Of a stretch of DNA of 64,000 bases, positions 51,485-64,000 are shown piece by piece (positions within the stretch are counted from its first letter, which is position 1; every line of letters starts with the position of its first letter). Below the pieces are notes generated by a model. The model made no database searches. It was not told where the DNA came from and saw only the letters and a list, made by a program, of their open reading frames with translations. This DNA comes from Vicugna vicugna (lineage: Eukaryota): the NCBI GenBank assembly GCA_013265495.1, contig MU058009.1, positions 1,986,001 through 2,050,000 on the forward strand. The letters are read 5' to 3'. Position numbers and translations under genes: made by a program.

Positions 51485-51830
51485 CTCTTGCTGTGGCACA
51501 GGTTTCAGGATGAACAGTTAAAATTATTCCAAATGACTGTACTCAGCAGTCGGTCCGACAGGATACCCCAGCTCTGCATTCCGTGCAAACGCGGGCAGAC
51601 CGGATCACAGTCACACTGGCTCAGAGCTCGGCCGGCCTGGGACAGCTCCCCGTCGGCCCTGCTCAGCGCCCCCGGCTCCAGCTCTGCCCTCGGCCCCTCT
51701 CGGCAGTTCTCGCGGCCCCGTGTCTGGTCCGTAATCAAGCCCCGCCGGCCTGTGTGTGCGCGAGAGCTCCTGCCTCCAGGAGCTTAATCTTCTCTCAGCA
51801 CGTACTGCTCTGAACACAGCAGAGACGCCC
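51485..51830 (-). promoter_or_regulatory. ARHGAP32: Candidate alternative non-coding first exon and internal promoter of the short ARHGAP32 isoform
   Basis: Local CpG/GC-rich patch in an AT-rich intron, ending in a strong donor CAAGAG|gtaagg. The 5' boundary is approximate. Confidence 0.6.
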
Positions 51831-53759
51831 CAGCCCAAACCACACTTGCAGAACAGGCTTCACCAGTGTCGCTCCACCCACCAACTGCATGCAGGTGCCT
51901 ACATTCTGCTCTGAAAACACCAGTATGAAACTGATATTGAATTAACTGTTTAATCTTAAAAAGTCACTTACTATTAAGTTGTTTATATTTGCTATGTAGA
52001 TGGGAGACAATATACTCAAAAATATGATGGTATTTAGGCCCAAATAAAATAAGAAAGATAACTGATCAAGCAGGAAGTATTGCCAGTAAATGGCTGAATC
52101 ATTAAACTGGCAGCAACAGGCTAGGAAAACATACCTTTGAATATCTTTACTGATACTGAGCTCTGACTGCCATTCCACCTACAGAGTCAAAAAAAGGTAT
52201 CAATTTATACTGCCTCTGTGGGAAAAATTCTGAGACTGGAATGTCTAATCTTTTAATATGCAAATAAAAAGTCGTAAAACCTGAAAAAAAAAGTACTTTT
52301 CAGAATTAAAAATCCAGGATTAAACTGTCCTGACTGTGAACTCCTCCTATACACGCTGCTCAAGTGTTAAAACTGTAGCTCTACTTACATAAATATTGAA
52401 AAGATTCAATGTTTATACTAAATAACAGTACGGCACTGTTAACCCAATCAGAATTATTTGAAGAAATAAATGAACTGGAAGAGATTAACATATTTTCTAT
52501 TCCAAATGACTTTTTACTAATACCAATGTAAATCCACATTCAGATATTTGCTTTCAATGAACAAAATAATGTTACTATATGCCAGATTCTAAGCCCTTTA
52601 CAGATAGTCTTCACCGTAACCCTGCGAAGTTGACCCTAACACCACTCCCAACGTAGAGATGAGGAAACCAAGGCGAAGGATTAAGCAATTGCCAAGGTCA
52701 CACCAGTAGGAACTGCTGAATTTAAGACACCAAGGGGTTATTTCTCATGCACTGTGCCAAAATCTGCTACTGATCAAACTTATTCACTCCTTCCTCTCTG
52801 AACACAGCTCTGAATATAAAAGAGTTGATAAATGGTAGTCCACAATAAGAAAAACAATGAACTGATGTGATTTCAATTTTGAAATGAAATGAGAATTCTG
52901 GGATGTGGCAGAAACAAAACACGTTAATTTTTACCGACGGAGCAGCTGTGGATTTATAGATTTCGCTGAATAGGAAATGAGGCTCTTAAAGTTTATTCAT
53001 GGTGGAGAAGGCAAAGCCACCCCTCCCCCGTCTCTTCCTTAGTCCCGAAGACAGAGAGGGAGGGTGAGAGAAAGAGGGAGCAGAGAGCAAACGGAGATGG
53101 GTGGGGTAGGGGAGCGGAAGGGGGCAAGGGGAGCCCATGCCGTAGAGAAGCCCTGCGGGGGGAGTGCTCAGCACAACTCACAGGCCCCTTGTGTTACCCA
53201 ACGCCTAAGGGCAGGCAGGAATAAAGGCCATGAGAGTCTGCCTGTACAGTAACCCTCACCTGAAACCCAAAGGCTGCACTCGACGCCACAGAAACACTCG
53301 CGGGGAAAACAATGAGTGTGTGTTAAACGCGGGTGAAAATGGAGTGAGGTCTGTAATCCAGCTTGCTGCATTGTGACAATGTCGGTTTCCTGGTTTTGAT
53401 AACATACTGTACATTTATTTAAGACGTTACAACTGGGAGAAGTAGGTTTTGAGTACACAGGACCTCTCTCTACTATTTTGTAACTTCTGAGGCTGTAATT
53501 ATTTCAAAATAAAAAGTGAAGAAACACGGCTGACTGAAAAGCATTACACTCTGTCTTCTAATGACCGCTTGTGGCACAGGACAGTCACTGCTACCTTCTG
53601 CTTATGTGTAAGCAAACGGGGGCTGAGCTGTGAAGGACTGAGATGTATCTGTGTGGGCAGTGGGGGCAACAAGAGAACTCACTAGAAAGGCATTGGCTAC
53701 CTTCAGTCACTCTGTCATAAAAGTCACCTGAATTATTCAACCCCTGGACAGTATGTCTA

Positions 53760-54290
53760 AGTTCTGCCAACTTCGTGGCCAAAAATGCATCAGAGTCAGA
53801 TCTCGCCTCCCTACTTTCACAGCTCCGGTCCTGGTCCAAGCCAGCACCGCCTCGTTACAACAGCCACTGCCCCTGCCTTCTCCTATCCTGAACACACCAA
53901 CCGCAGCCGGCCTTCAAGCAAGGCAAGTCAAGTCAAATGACAGCTCTGCTCAAAACCTTCTAACCACTTGCCATGTGCCATTTAATTTCAAGTGAAAGCC
54001 AAAAGCCCTCCCCTGACCCATCTACCCTCCTCTGAAATGACGGCCCCACAGGAACCACATCCCAGTGCCTGCTAACCCCTGTGCCGCCCACCCCAGGCTT
54101 TAGTTTTCTCCATAGCACTTACGTAACATACTATGTATTTAACTTGCTTGTTTGCCTTTTTTTCTCCCTCTCACCACACTTAAATACAAACACCAAAATA
54201 ACTATTTTTGTCTGCTGTGTTCACTGTTTCAGCCCTAATACTTCGTGTGCACTTAATAAATGTCCCATCAGTGACTGAGTGAATGAATAC
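53760..54290. mobile_element. L2 3'-end fragment
   Basis: TTTCTCCATAGCACTTA...TGTGTTCACTG...TTAATAAATG...TGAGTGAATGAAT. Confidence 0.6.
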
Positions 54291-54644
54291 TGGACATGAT
54301 CATAAACAAAAAAGCTGCTTTATTTAGGGCAAGGATTAAACTGATCAGGGGCCTACTCTTGACCTGGGTAAAGGGCAAATGGGAGCTTAGGAAACATTTT
54401 GGTAACTACAGTGGAAATTGTTACGTTTATAATTATTAATCAATTTAGAGCAAACATTATTTATAAAAGACGCAAATTAATTTAAAACAGAATATCTGTC
54501 CATAATCGAAACAATCTAGGTGAGTAAAAAAGACACACAAGAAGTAAAGCATCAAATTCAAAGTAAGGCTCTCAGTGTCACACACTATTTCCAAATGAGC
54601 AGCACAAAGAATAGCTCCTGTATTTCAAGGCTCAAATACAGTCC

Positions 54645-54800
54645 CCTGTTATTCAAAACACAGCCTTAGGACCAGTGTCATGGAATTACCTGGGAGTTTA
54701 CTACAAACGCAGAACCACAGGCCCCACCCTAATGAATCAGGACCTACAGTTTCTAACTCTCCCTCTTGGCAGACTGAACGCACATTCAGGTTTGTGACTC
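54645..54800. mobile_element. MER5A-like MITE
   Basis: GGACCAG...AATTACCTGGGAGTTT..ACAAACGCAGAA..CAGGCCCCACCC..TGAATCAG. Confidence 0.6.
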
Positions 54801-57315
54801 AGCGGCCTAAGGAGCCTTCGTGAAGAACAGAGTCAGGCATTTCTGCAGGAGAAAGATCACAGGCGAGGGCGGGGAGACCCCAAAGTACACTGAGAGGAGA
54901 GTAAGCAAATCTGTTACTGATGCCGAGTAGAGATGAGAAAAGAGAAAACAGCCTACACAGAGAAATTAGTTCCAGTATTACGGAGCACCTTACATTCTAG
55001 GCTGAAGATTTTGTGTATAATTCTGGCACAAAGGAAAGTCACTGGGGCTTTACAAGCTGTATTCTGAAACTTTATTTCAGTAGTAAATGTGAAGACAGAG
55101 TAATCCAACAAGCAGTAGTTGTACATCCACTGTGTGTACACCCCGTGGGGGGAGAGTAAGATGAATGAGACACACTTGTCACTTGTGAGGAGACTGCAAC
55201 TCCATGAGCAAGTGAAGCAGCTGCTATCAGGTCTGACATAGGACAAACAGGACACGCAGGCACCGGGAGAGGTGGCTCAGGGAGGGACAGATCAGGAAGC
55301 TCTCCCGGACAAGAAGATTATGGACCGAGTCTCAACATACAAGGAGGATTTCAACTGGGCAAAATGGGGGCGAGGGTGGTTCAGTCTGAGGAGCAGCAGG
55401 AGCAGAGGGAAAGCTGTGACATCACGAGGCCGGAGGTTCCAGGGACACAGAAGCGGAGCCCCGCGAGCACACAGAAGGCGCAGAAGAGGAGACAGGAAAG
55501 GCAGGATGGCCAAAAAAGACACTATGCTTTACATACAAGGAGGAAAGAGTGAAAGATCTTTTTAATTAATTGGCAAGGCCTTAGAAAGGATGATGGCTAT
55601 AACAAAATTAGCAAATTAAGCAGGTTCCTATAAGCATTTCTCCTCACCCTCCATTTAACACATCTTTTGCTCCCATTTGTTTTGTTCATATCAGCCTTAT
55701 GCAAATCCAAATACGTTTTCACTCACTCCTGTTGTAACAGAACCAAAAGATAATAAATAGTTGTTCTGAGAGAGAGAACAATAAACCTGACCTCTACTCA
55801 GTGTTCCACGGTGGGAAGAATTCTGGGTTTTGAGTTAAATAGCTGCAAGAGAGTTACTAATCCACGTCAAGCACTCGGTCCTGCCCTGGCACACGGCCCA
55901 CTGCAGTCCTAGGAGAGGCCGGAGACGCCGGCGGGCCCAGCTGTGTGACCTCAGGCAACTCGTGGAGTCTTTCTGAGTCTCCATTGCTCCCCTGCTTAAC
56001 AAAGGGGTGTGTGGGAGACAGAAGTGCATTCCCTACCCCCAGTACCTTGCAGAGCTGTACTGAGATTCAAATTCCAATTTCATGTTGTAAACACAGTATT
56101 CAGAAACTCTAAGGCACTCTACAGCTCTGTGGTATTCATCAATTCTTTAACTGTCTTTTCCGATGCAGAGGGACAGGTGTATCTTGATGTATCCCTTATC
56201 ATCCGTTTGGGGAGAAAACCTCCCCCGGGAGTCTGCACTCTGGAACGCCTTTAAATCTTCCATCAGTGCCTCCTGTTGTGCTGATTTTCATATCTGACTC
56301 TTGAAGTGTTCACTTCCAGAACACAAGCAAGCATGTGTCTAGAGAGAAGGACAGTCAATACAACCTTCCATGTAGAATAAGTAAGCCTGGATCCATGTTA
56401 CTTGCTACAGAGTGGTCACTCCATTCTAAAGTGACATGTAATAAAGAGACACGGTTACAGAAGAGCAAAGTGCTAGAAACTCAAAGAAAACAGAACAGTC
56501 CAGAAGCAAACATGAAAATAAAGGAAAAAACTATAATTACGAAAAGTTGCAAATAAAACAACAAAAAGCAAAATACTAGAGGACCAGTTTCCTAAAAGAA
56601 TAATGCAAAGACTTTTTTATTTCAAAATTATACTACAAATTCAGGCTAATCTGTTACCTTATAAGCTACTTCTTAAATTAATATAAGGATTTCATCAGCA
56701 TTACATCTAATTACTAGGTTTTTTCCTCAAATGAAAGCCTCAGCTACTTCCATGTCTGCTAACAAAAAAAAAAATTCGCTTTTCTTCTCTCTTCACCCCC
56801 TCTCCACCTTCCTCCCTCTCCCTCCCTCCACCCCTCTCCTTCTGGAATAAAAGGTAGATAATGTGGGAAGATGGGAGATCCCACAAAGAAATTATAAAAA
56901 TGACCAAAGTTGATCCTAGATATGAAATATCTGACATGAGAACCCCATTGTTAGATGGAGTAAAGGGAAGCTGCACAGCGGGAAGAGTCAGTGAGCTGTG
57001 AGGCAGGTAGACACGAGGAACTCAGGCTGGAGAGCGGAGCGTGGCAACACCAGAAACACAGCTGGCATGCGAAGGAGCTGCGGTTGGGGGAGGTGTGCAG
57101 AGGAAATGCTTGAGGTGAACAGCTGAGAACTTGAAGAAAGACATCAATAAATAACCATTAAACTGCTCCATAAACTCCAACCAGGACGAACACAAAGAAA
57201 TCCTCATGTGCTTCCTTCATCTTCCTTCCATCTCAGCCTCATCTTCCATCAAACTAAATGCCAATTTCTTAGGGACAAGCTTCTACCTTTCTTCCCCTTT
57301 TCCTTCCTCTTCTTT

Positions 57316-57375
57316 TCTCTCTCCCTCTCTCTCTCTCTCTCTCTCCCTCTCTTTCTTTCTCACACACACACACAC
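57316..57375. repeat. Compound (CT)n(CA)n microsatellite
   Basis: Directly visible. Confidence 0.9.
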
Positions 57376-58160
57376 GTTCTTTTCCTTAAGGCACCATGGA
57401 TACATGCTATCTTGGTCAGGCAATGGTGATTCGTTGATTTTATTTTTACCACACACAAATAACTGAACACACTGAGAACATCCAGAAGAGCTCCAAAGGG
57501 GAAACTCTCCCTCTTGCCCTTGTTGTATAATAACATAGGGAGCTTTAAGTTACAGGCTCAAACTATAGCTGCATCTTTCAGATTTGGCATCTAACAGTGA
57601 CAGATGGCAATGTTAAAAATAAATAGAACATTCAAGTTATTTGTACTGCAGGCAAAGACAGTTTTAAAGTGTGAAACAAGCCTAAGGTTGACAGAATTTA
57701 CATCATCCTTTCCTAAATGAATTAAGAATGCACACTTCCCTAGGCCAACCTTGCAATGCTGTTCACAATAAAATATTAGCTTTTGAAGGTGTTCTGTCAT
57801 TATATGTCATTACTAATTCAGAATTAACAATGTCATTCGGGTCTATTAACAGAAACTTATTTTTCAGAACTATCAATAACTGATTAACTTTCTCAAATGT
57901 TAAAAGTTTTGGAGGTTATCACTATTGGAAATTCACTTTCACATTTAGAACATAAGAAAGTATTTCATTGACACAATTTGACACTAACATTAAGCTAACT
58001 TTTAAAAACCATTTACAGTATTTATCGCTGAGGCAAAATTATCCAAGATAAGACTTGATAATGAATAAAAGTTAAGCTCATACAGCAGAAACACATAGAA
58101 ATAATGCACAAGAAAAAATTTTTGATGTTGAATTTTAGTAACTTTAAAACAGTTACCACG

Positions 58161-60210
58161 AAACCCCATGACGAGTTCAACAGACAGGTAAAAAGCATCT
58201 GACCAAATCCAACACCCTTCTATGATAAAAATCATTCAACAAACTAAGAACTGAAAGGAACTTCCCCAACCTGATAAAAGGCATCTGAAAACCCTACAGT
58301 TAACATCTTACTTAATGCAAAACAACTAGATGCTTTCTCTTAAGATCAGGAACAAGACAAGTTCTCAAAACTTCTTTTCAACACTGTAGCATCTCCAGGG
58401 CAACTGGGCAAGAAAAAGAAATGAAAAACATCCAGACTGTAAAGGAAGGTAAACATATCTCTGTTCACAGATGACATGATCTTGTACATAGATTATCCCA
58501 AGGAATCCACTAAAAAACCCATTAAACTAATAAACATTTCAACAAGATTTCAAGCTACAACATAATATACAAAAATTAACTGCACTTCTATACACTTGCA
58601 ATGAACAAGAAGAAAATGAAATTAAGGAAATAATTCTATTTACAGTAGCATTAAAACAAATAAAAATAAATTTAACAACAGATATGTACAACTTATACTC
58701 TAAAACAGCTACAAAATGTTGAATGAAATTAAAGGTCTAATCAAGTGGAAAAATATCCCATGCTCAAGGACTGAAGACCAAACAAGCACTGGCAAGAAGG
58801 TAATACTTCCCAAGCTGATACGCAGATTCAGCAAATCCCAATCAGAATCCCAGCTGACTTCCTGGTAGAAACTGACAAGCTGATTCTAAAATTCGTACGG
58901 AATTGGAAGGAACCCAGAAAAGCCAAAACAATCCTGAAAAAGGATAAAGCAGGAAGGCTTTTCAATTGCAAAAGTTACTATTAAGCAATGGTAATCAAGA
59001 CAGGCTGGTACTGGCATAAGAACAGACATACAGATCAATGAAACAGAATTGAAAATCCAGAAATAAACTCACGTGTCTAAGGACAACTGATTTTTTTATA
59101 AGAGAGTCAAGTCAATTCAGTGGTGGAAGGAATAACCTCTCCAACAAATAGTGCTTGGACAACTGGATATCCAAGGGAGCTGAACCTCACACCATACACA
59201 AAAATTAACTCAAAATGGATCACTATACCAAAATGTAAGGTCTAAAATTATAAAATTCTTAGAAGAAAATACAGAAGTGAATCTTGACCTTGGGTTAATA
59301 AGCAAAGCCTTCTTAGATAAAACATCAAAATCATAAACAACAAAAGAAAACATAAATTGAACTTCATCAAAATTAAAAATGCTTATGGTTCAACAGACAC
59401 CATCCAGAAAAGGAAAGACAAATCACAGTATGTGAGAAAATATTTGCAAATCATTTTATCTGATAAAGGACTTGTATCTGAAATTTATAAAGAAAACTTA
59501 CAACTCAGTAATGAAAAGATAATCCAATTAAAAACGGACAAAGGATCTGAACAGACATTTCTCCAAAGATATGCAAATAGGTAATAAGCATGAGAAAAGA
59601 TGCTCAACATTATTAGCCATCAGGGAAACGAAAAACAAAACCATAAAGATGTATCACTTCATACCCAGTCAGATGGCAATAACCAAAAAAGCAGTGACAA
59701 GGATATGGAGCGACTGGAATTCTCATACACACTGCTGGTGGGACTGTGAAACAGTCCAGCTATTTTGTAAAACAGTTTGGCAATTTCTCAAAAGGTTAAA
59801 CACAGAGTTACCACATGACGCAGCCATTCTACTCCTAGATACAGCCTCAAGAGATGAAAACACACATTGACACAAAAATCTGCACGTGAGTGTTCATAGC
59901 AATACTGTTCATACTAGCCCAAAATGGAAACCCAAAGTGAGTGGATGAAATAAATACGGTATGGCCATACAATGGAACATTATTTAGCCATAAGAAAGAC
60001 TGAAGCACTCATCCAGCGATGAACCTTGCAAACAGTATGCCGAGTGAGAGAAGCCAGTCACAAAAGACCACATATTGTGTGATTCCATTTATGTGAAACG
60101 TCTAGAATAGGAAAATCTACAGAGACATAAAGTAGGTTAGTAGTTGCTTAGGAGTTGGGGGGAAGGGAGAGGATGGGGCAGTGTCTGCTAATGGGTATGG
60201 GGTTGTTTTT
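58161..60210 (+). mobile_element. Old L1 (L1MB-like) ORF2 3' half and 3' UTR, degraded
   Basis: TAAGATCAGGAACAAGACAAG, TTCACAGATGACATGAT, TGGTACTGGCATAAGAACAGACAT, ACCATACACAAAAATTAACTCAAAATGGAT, AAGCCAGTCACAAAAGACCACATATTG. Multiple frameshifts. Confidence 0.9.
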
Positions 60211-61457
60211 TTTTAAGTTACTGATGCCATACTTAAAGAAGGAAAGAAACCTATAGCTATCACAGCCACTAATGAACAAGCAAGGAGCCACTGAGATAGT
60301 CTTTTTATGTTTAATTAAGTTTACCTAAAGAAAAGGGGTTTAACAGAGGATAAAAATGCCTTGAAAGAAGACTGAGAATCCCGTCTCAAGCAGAACTGCA
60401 GAGAACACTGTTTTGGAGTATTTTTCCTTCTGCACAATAAAAGTAGTCTGTCTAAAATTTTAAAATTCCTATGAGAAAAGTTGGAACACTGACTCCCTAA
60501 CTGTCTATGAAGAAACAGGCTTTGGAAGGGGTCATTGCCCTTTATGTTTACCTAAATGTCATAAGCAAAAATGGTTTGATGAATGCTTTTGGGGCAGAGG
60601 CGATAATATACTAAACAAAAAATAAACTTTTTTTCCCTAATTCTTGCACACAGGTCCTAAGCCTAGAAGATACTTTAAAGAAAATAGTCCAAATAAATTC
60701 TGAGGCCCAGAAATTTTCTTCTATTTCTTTTACTGGGGGAAGGGAGTTGAGGGTGGAGAAGGGCAGAGGGAATGTAACACAACTAAGAGCAATAAATGTA
60801 ATTACTTTCCAGCCTCCCAAAATCTTTTAGCCTTTGTTTTTATTTTCTTTTAAAAAATTTACATCACATTAAAAAGTTCCAGACGAGGTATTCTGTAGAC
60901 TGTGTCTGGATTAAATCACCTCAATAAAAACAAAAACTTCCATTTTCTTGATTTTTACCACCCGTAACACATTGCTTTAATTACCTGTAAGATACTCCAC
61001 TTATTTATACAGCACTGTAAATATACCATGTAACTAAAAAGAAACGCTGTTTAAACTAGTTTTGATGTTCACAGGTATGGATAAAACATAACTTCGCCTC
61101 ATTAATCAATTTTCAGCAAATCATATTTTCTCCATGTCAGTTCTTTAAACCTAGTACTTTCTTTCATCTTTTTATTCCTCATTAATAAGCTGTATTCCTA
61201 CTACATAATTGTAAAAAGAAGTATGACACAGCTTAATGGAGCAAATAGTTCTTAAAATTGTCTAAAATTCTGAATGCATGTAAACCTTTGTGAAATTATC
61301 AGTAAGAATATATTAAAAATCAAAACCACATACAATTAGGAATGCATACTATGACAATACATGCAAAGAACAGCTAACCAAGCTATGTGCTGACTCGAAG
61401 AGAAAATCTGTATCTTTATTTTGATAAATAACCACACTAATGAAAATGCATACTCAC

Positions 61458-61539
61458 CTGGTTTTGGCACGGAGTTGGTCACTGACTGGGGAACTTTCTG
61501 ATTAATTAACTCAACACAGTGTCCAGGGAAGAGTCCCAC
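61458..61539 (-). CDS. ARHGAP32: ARHGAP32 coding exon, end of SH3 domain (VGLFPGHCVELINQKVPQSVTNSVPKP); upstream exons lie beyond the window
   Basis: Acceptor ttcttcag|GTG and donor CCAG|gtgagt. 82 nt, phase 0 to 1. Carries the SH3 C-terminal GLFP motif. Confidence 0.95.
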
Positions 61540-64000
61540 CTGAAGAAGAAAAGCAGCAAAGAGAGGAATCTAAACCACAGAACAGACCGCGTGTGAACAC
61601 TGCCAATTCAGTTCCAGTAATGTGCTCCGAAGCCCCTCCCAGTGATTCTGTTACTTCAAGACTCTAAATCACAGACAACGCCAATTGCACAAACAAATAA
61701 TAAAACAATCTGTTGCTATGAGTATACAGAGTTGTGTGTGTTATTTGTCCAAATATCTATCTGCTTTGCTAGTTTTAGCTTTTAATTTCCCCACCTTTTT
61801 TTTACATCAATTAAAATACTTAGTCTGATCCCAACCTATGCATGCAAGAGGTATAATTTATACCTCTTAATAAGGTACTTTGCTGAAACTGCAATCTAGC
61901 TGTGTTGACATCTCCCCTGCTAACTTGCATATTTATTGACTTCTCCATGATTTTTTAAAAATCAAAACTAAACCGTATTCAAATTTTTTGTGGATTTTCT
62001 CTTCATTCTCCCACAGGTTCCATGGAAAATGACAGGACAGAAATAAATTGGTGAAACAATCGCTCACTTAAAATCCGGGTATTCACTGTTGTTAAAGAGC
62101 CAGTTGTGTGTGGACAGGTGTGGAGAGGAACGCAAGGGAGAAGAAAACCCACCCTCAGCAGTGATGACAGACGCCGGCCTTGAAACACACACCAACTGGA
62201 CGTGGCAGCAGAGCTGCCTGTGGCACTGGGCAGATGCCCAAGGAGCTGTTCTAGGGAAAAACTGAGCCCCAGATCCCCCAGAGACACTGCACAGCTGACA
62301 GAATGAATACGGAGATAAACAGCCAGGAAACAACAGTAAAAAGAAAATTTTTACCAATATTTATAGATGTTTTCTTAGACAGGAATATAATTAGGCTGCC
62401 AAGCGGCACATGCTGAAGATGAAACAAGAAAACTCCATCGCTCTGAACATCCCCCTGTTGACAGACTCTGGGAGGGAAGGCCTGGTCTTCCAACAGCCTG
62501 ACTCATCACCAAGCTCTAAGCTGTGCAGCACCGTCTGTGCGGGATCACTTTCACGTACTCATGTGCCGCATTCTTACTTCAGTGTCTTGATCAACAGTCC
62601 ACGGTAGTTCTTAAAACTATTAAGATGTAACTAGTTATCATGAGCTGAAAAGGTGTTATTAGCAAATCATCCATTTTGTCTGAAAGAGCTAAATTTGGGA
62701 TTCTTAGAGTCCGTCTGCATTGCCTTCCAAAATGATGTTCTACGTGTTTGTTTCATTGGTGAAATTCTGTATCATATTTTACTCAACTTCCTAGTTAACT
62801 AGTAAACAAACAGAAATTCTTCCAAGATTGGTCAGACCCAGACAAGAATCAACCTGAAAAATCCTTCTCATTCTCTCTTGCACCAATCAGTTACAGTGAG
62901 AGAGTTAAGTGTAGTCTCAAGACTAAGAGTCCCCTTCTAGGTCTGCCACTTACTGTGGCGGGTTTACAACTCAGCCTCCGTGTTTCAGGTTCCTCACCTG
63001 AACACATAATATAGCTCACCTAACTCACAAGGGTTGTTACGAGAACCGAATAGATGAGTATAAGCAAGATGCACACAGTAGGAACTTGTGCAGCGTTCTC
63101 GCTCAGTCATTGCGCCAGCGCCTCCACCAGGAGGCGGAGCAGCCCCAGCCCCAGCCCCCCCACCGCTGCCCGGAGGTGACACATACTGCCTGTCACCCCG
63201 GCGTGGTGTGCTCAAGTCTCCTCGCTACCAAATATCGCTCTTTCCATGAAATTCTAGTTCACTTTAATTTATAAACATTTTCTGCAATTTGCTGCAGAGA
63301 AAAGACCAGGTGCTAATCTTGGCCCATCCGTTTACTAGGCTCTGTGATCCGGAGCAAACTGCCTAACATCTGCTTCTTCCTCTGTGAAAATGAGGCCAAC
63401 ATTAGCTACCTCAATAATCTGTGTGACGGCACCTAGCCTGGTTTCTAAACTGGCGTACCTTCTGGCAAATAAAACCGGCTTTCCATTACTTCTTCACAAA
63501 GACTGAACAAAGCTTTATGCTACTAGACGCTGGTTACACTTCCACCCTTCAGCGCTGTCGCAGCGCAGCAGTCTCGGTGTCTGGGGGAAGCTACCATGCA
63601 GCGTGCAGGGGTCTACGGCAGGGCCGTCCGGTGCGGGACGCCAGTCCCCGCTCACCTGTCTCGCTTCACTGTGAAGTACAGTATTACTAAACACCAGCTA
63701 AGCTAAATACTCAGTTTCCCAGACTGCTTGCATCCAGATGTAGTCAAGGGACATATAAAGCAGCTCTCCTGCCACTGCTGTCTCTTCTCTCTGCGCTGTC
63801 TGCGGGTACCAGAACTGGATCTGAAGTGGCCATCACTGGACCTTAAAGAAAGGCCAAGAGAACCGCAGAGAGCTCTGCCTGGCGTCACTGAGCTGCTGGC
63901 CCAACCACAGCAATGTCTCCTTTTCTGTTCATTTTACTGTTTCTTGAGGCCAAAAGCACTCCTAACTAAAACTCTTTTAAATGAAACACTTAAAACAGTT

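Noticed and set aside
59357..59870. 75-99 aa ORFs
   Set aside because: Frameshifted remnants of L1 ORF2, not host genes.

Overview
This is mammalian genomic DNA, most likely from a camelid, judging by three Vic-1-like tRNA-derived SINEs. The window holds the 3' part of ARHGAP32 (RICS/GRIT/p250GAP/PX-RICS) on the minus strand. Thirteen coding exons (61539 down to the stop at 15103) have canonical AG/GT boundaries and splice phases that join in one reading frame: 5316 nt, covering the end of the SH3 domain, the RhoGAP domain and the long C-terminal tail. A long 3' UTR follows, with several candidate poly(A) signals, miR-132/212 seed sites and Pumilio elements. The 24-kb intron (37369-61457) contains a plausible alternative first exon for the short isoform that starts MKSRPTKQK. 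The rest is intronic or intergenic DNA with ordinary eutherian repeats (L1, L2, MIR, MER5A, MLT, Tigger1), an orphan CpG island near 3.8-4.55 kb and a strong CTCF motif at 6.3 kb. I found no convincing new protein-coding system. The leads most worth following are regulatory or evolutionary: internal promoter(s), a GC-shifted terminal exon with apparent Tyr losses, alternative polyadenylation, and the orphan CpG island. Comparisons with the human protein and with repeat consensus sequences come from memory and need alignment to confirm.
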